This document shows positions 62,470 to 64,000 of a stretch of 64,000 nucleotides of DNA, in pieces. The translations under genes were made by a program, and so were the position numbers. Within the stretch, counting starts at the first letter, position 1, and each line of letters starts with the position of its first letter. This DNA comes from Mobula hypostoma (lineage: Eukaryota), in the NCBI RefSeq assembly GCF_963921235.1, contig NC_086108.1:109184001-109248000 (forward strand). The letters are read 5' to 3'. The notes beneath the pieces were generated by a model. The model ran no database searches, had not been told where the DNA came from, and saw nothing but the letters and a program-made list of their open reading frames with translations.

Positions 62470-62730
62470 ACTGGGATGAGGAGGAACTTTTCCCAGAGAG
62501 TGGTGACTCTGTGGAATTCTCTGCCCAATGAAGCAGTGGAGGCTACCTCAGTAAATATATTTAAGACAGGTTGGATAGATTTTTGCATAGTAGGGGAATT
62601 AAGGGTTATGGGGAAAAAGCAGGTAGGTGGAGATGAGTCCATGGCCAGATCAGCCATGATCTTATGGAACGGCGGAGCAGGCTTGACATGCCAGATTGCC
62701 GACTCCTGCTCCTATTTCTTATGTTCTTAT
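62470..62730 (+). mobile_element. CR1 3' end
   Basis: RRNFSQRVVTLWNSLP; ttcttatg tail. Confidence 0.8.
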
Positions 62731-62740
62731 GACTCCAGAT

Positions 62741-62950
62741 GCCGGCTGGTGGTGTAGTGGCATCAGCGCCGGACTTCAGAGCAAAGGCTCCCGAGTTCGA
62801 ATCCCGCCGGCTCCCCATGCGTTCCATCCGTGCTGGGTTGAGCGTCGAGCCGGCAACTCGACCTCATGAAAAAAAAAATTGCCTGCTACAGAAACATCAA
62901 CAGCAAAAAGTTGTCTCGTGAGTTTAAGGGGCAATTTCCTTTTTTTCCTT
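62741..62950 (+). mobile_element. Young tRNA-derived SINE with 14 bp TSD
   Basis: A box tggtgtagtgg, B box agttcgaatcc, GCCGGC at both ends of the head; ttatgactccagat at 62727-62740 and 62951-62964. Confidence 0.8.
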
Positions 62951-63226
62951 TTATGACTCCAGATAAGACAGCACTGAGCAAATACACGCACACAGGCCCG
63001 CATACTGGAACGACAGAGCTCTGGTCCCAGAGCAAGCAGCGACCAGATGTTTGGACGATTTGGTGCCCAGCTGGGTCTGTTTGCTGCTCCGTGGCACTTG
63101 CTTGGCTCTGCACTGGACTGAAGCTGTGGCCTGCTCTGACTGCTTCATGCCTGGCTTCATGTCTGTGAACTCAGTTTTGTTCAGAATGCTATTTGCTTAC
63201 TTTTATTGTTTGCACAATTTGTTTTT

Positions 63227-63466
63227 TAGACAATAGACAATAGACAATAGGTGCAGGAGTAGGCCATTCGGCCCTTCGAGCCAGCACCGCCATTCACTGT
63301 GATCATGGCTGATCATCCACAATCAGTATCCAGTTCCTGCCTTATCCCCATAACCTTTGATTCCGCTATCTTTAAGAGCTCTATCCATCTCTTCCTTGAA
63401 AGCATCCAGACACTTGGTCTCCACAGCCTTCTGGGGCACAGCATTCCATATATCCACCACTCTCTG
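63227..63466 (-). mobile_element. CR1 3' end, (TATTGTC)n tail
   Basis: Matches 12133-12372. Confidence 0.85.
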
Positions 63467-63619
63467 TACATGGGGTGTTTGATGGTCTTCTTTATTTAAT
63501 GGCTCCTATGGCATTTCTTTGCTTTGTGGCTTCCTGTTAGGAAATGAATCTCTCTAATCTGTATAATATACACAGACTTTGATAATAAATCTACTTTGAA
63601 CCCCTTATAGACATGGAAA

Positions 63620-63900
63620 CATAGGAAACTGGAGATGCTGGAATTCAGAGCAGCAAACAATTTGCCAGAGGAACTCAGCAACTGAGCAGCATTTGTGGCA
63701 GGGAAGAGGTGGTCTCCATTTTGGATTGAGATCCTGCTTGAAGACTGAGAGTGTAGAGGAGAGATTCTGTGTATAAGGAATTGAGGAGGAAGGGTGAGGT
63801 AGGAGCAAGTGGGCAATAGGTGAAAGCAGGCAAGGAGCAGATGGATGAGGAGAGAGCAAAGAGAGCCACAGAGGCTGGGAGGTGATAGATGGAATACTGA
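63620..63900 (-). mobile_element. Degenerate PLE pLTR
   Basis: agatgctggaat...gaggaactcagc start followed by a purine-rich tract. Confidence 0.55.
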
Positions 63901-64000
63901 GACCTTCATGTTTCTAGCAGTGAACATCCCCAATAGACAGTCCCGGTCCAATCATAACATGGCAAAGAAAGCTCAGGCCAGCATCTACTTTCAAAGTTAA

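Noticed and set aside
62741..62812. Possible tRNA gene
   Set aside because: The anticodon arm does not pair well and the unit continues into a body flanked by a TSD, so it is a SINE
1..64000. Prokaryotic systems (CRISPR, retron, DGR, operons) and the many short ORFs
   Set aside because: All RT motifs belong to eukaryotic LINE or PLE classes; there is no repeat-spacer array; the short ORFs are alternate frames of repeats

Overview
Eukaryotic, repeat-saturated, apparently intronic or intergenic DNA. No host protein-coding gene can be supported. The repeat mix (many CR1 LINEs, Rex1/Babar LINEs, Neptune-type Penelope-like elements, RTE LINE/SINEs, HE1-like tRNA SINEs, a Tc1 remnant) suggests a cartilaginous fish; this is inference only. 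Highlights: (1) An intact 4.5 kb CR1 (35435-39962) whose ORF2 has no AUG before its endonuclease domain. ORF2 lies in the -1 frame and is reachable through a canonical U_UUA_AAC slippery heptamer directly before the ORF1 stop. The same heptamer plus stop is conserved in a diverged CR1 at 34365, pointing to -1 programmed ribosomal frameshifting into an ORF1-ORF2 fusion. (2) A TSD-flanked 4.6 kb Neptune insertion (17584-22225) forming a 1.7 kb-arm palindrome whose junctions record fold-back synthesis. (3) Three intact minimal hammerhead ribozymes plus degenerate copies. (4) Several three-level nested insertions, including an R4/Dong fragment split by a PLE. (5) Non-coding elements with YY1-motif heads and LINE tails. 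Boundaries of old repeats are approximate; family names come from recognised motifs, not from database searches.
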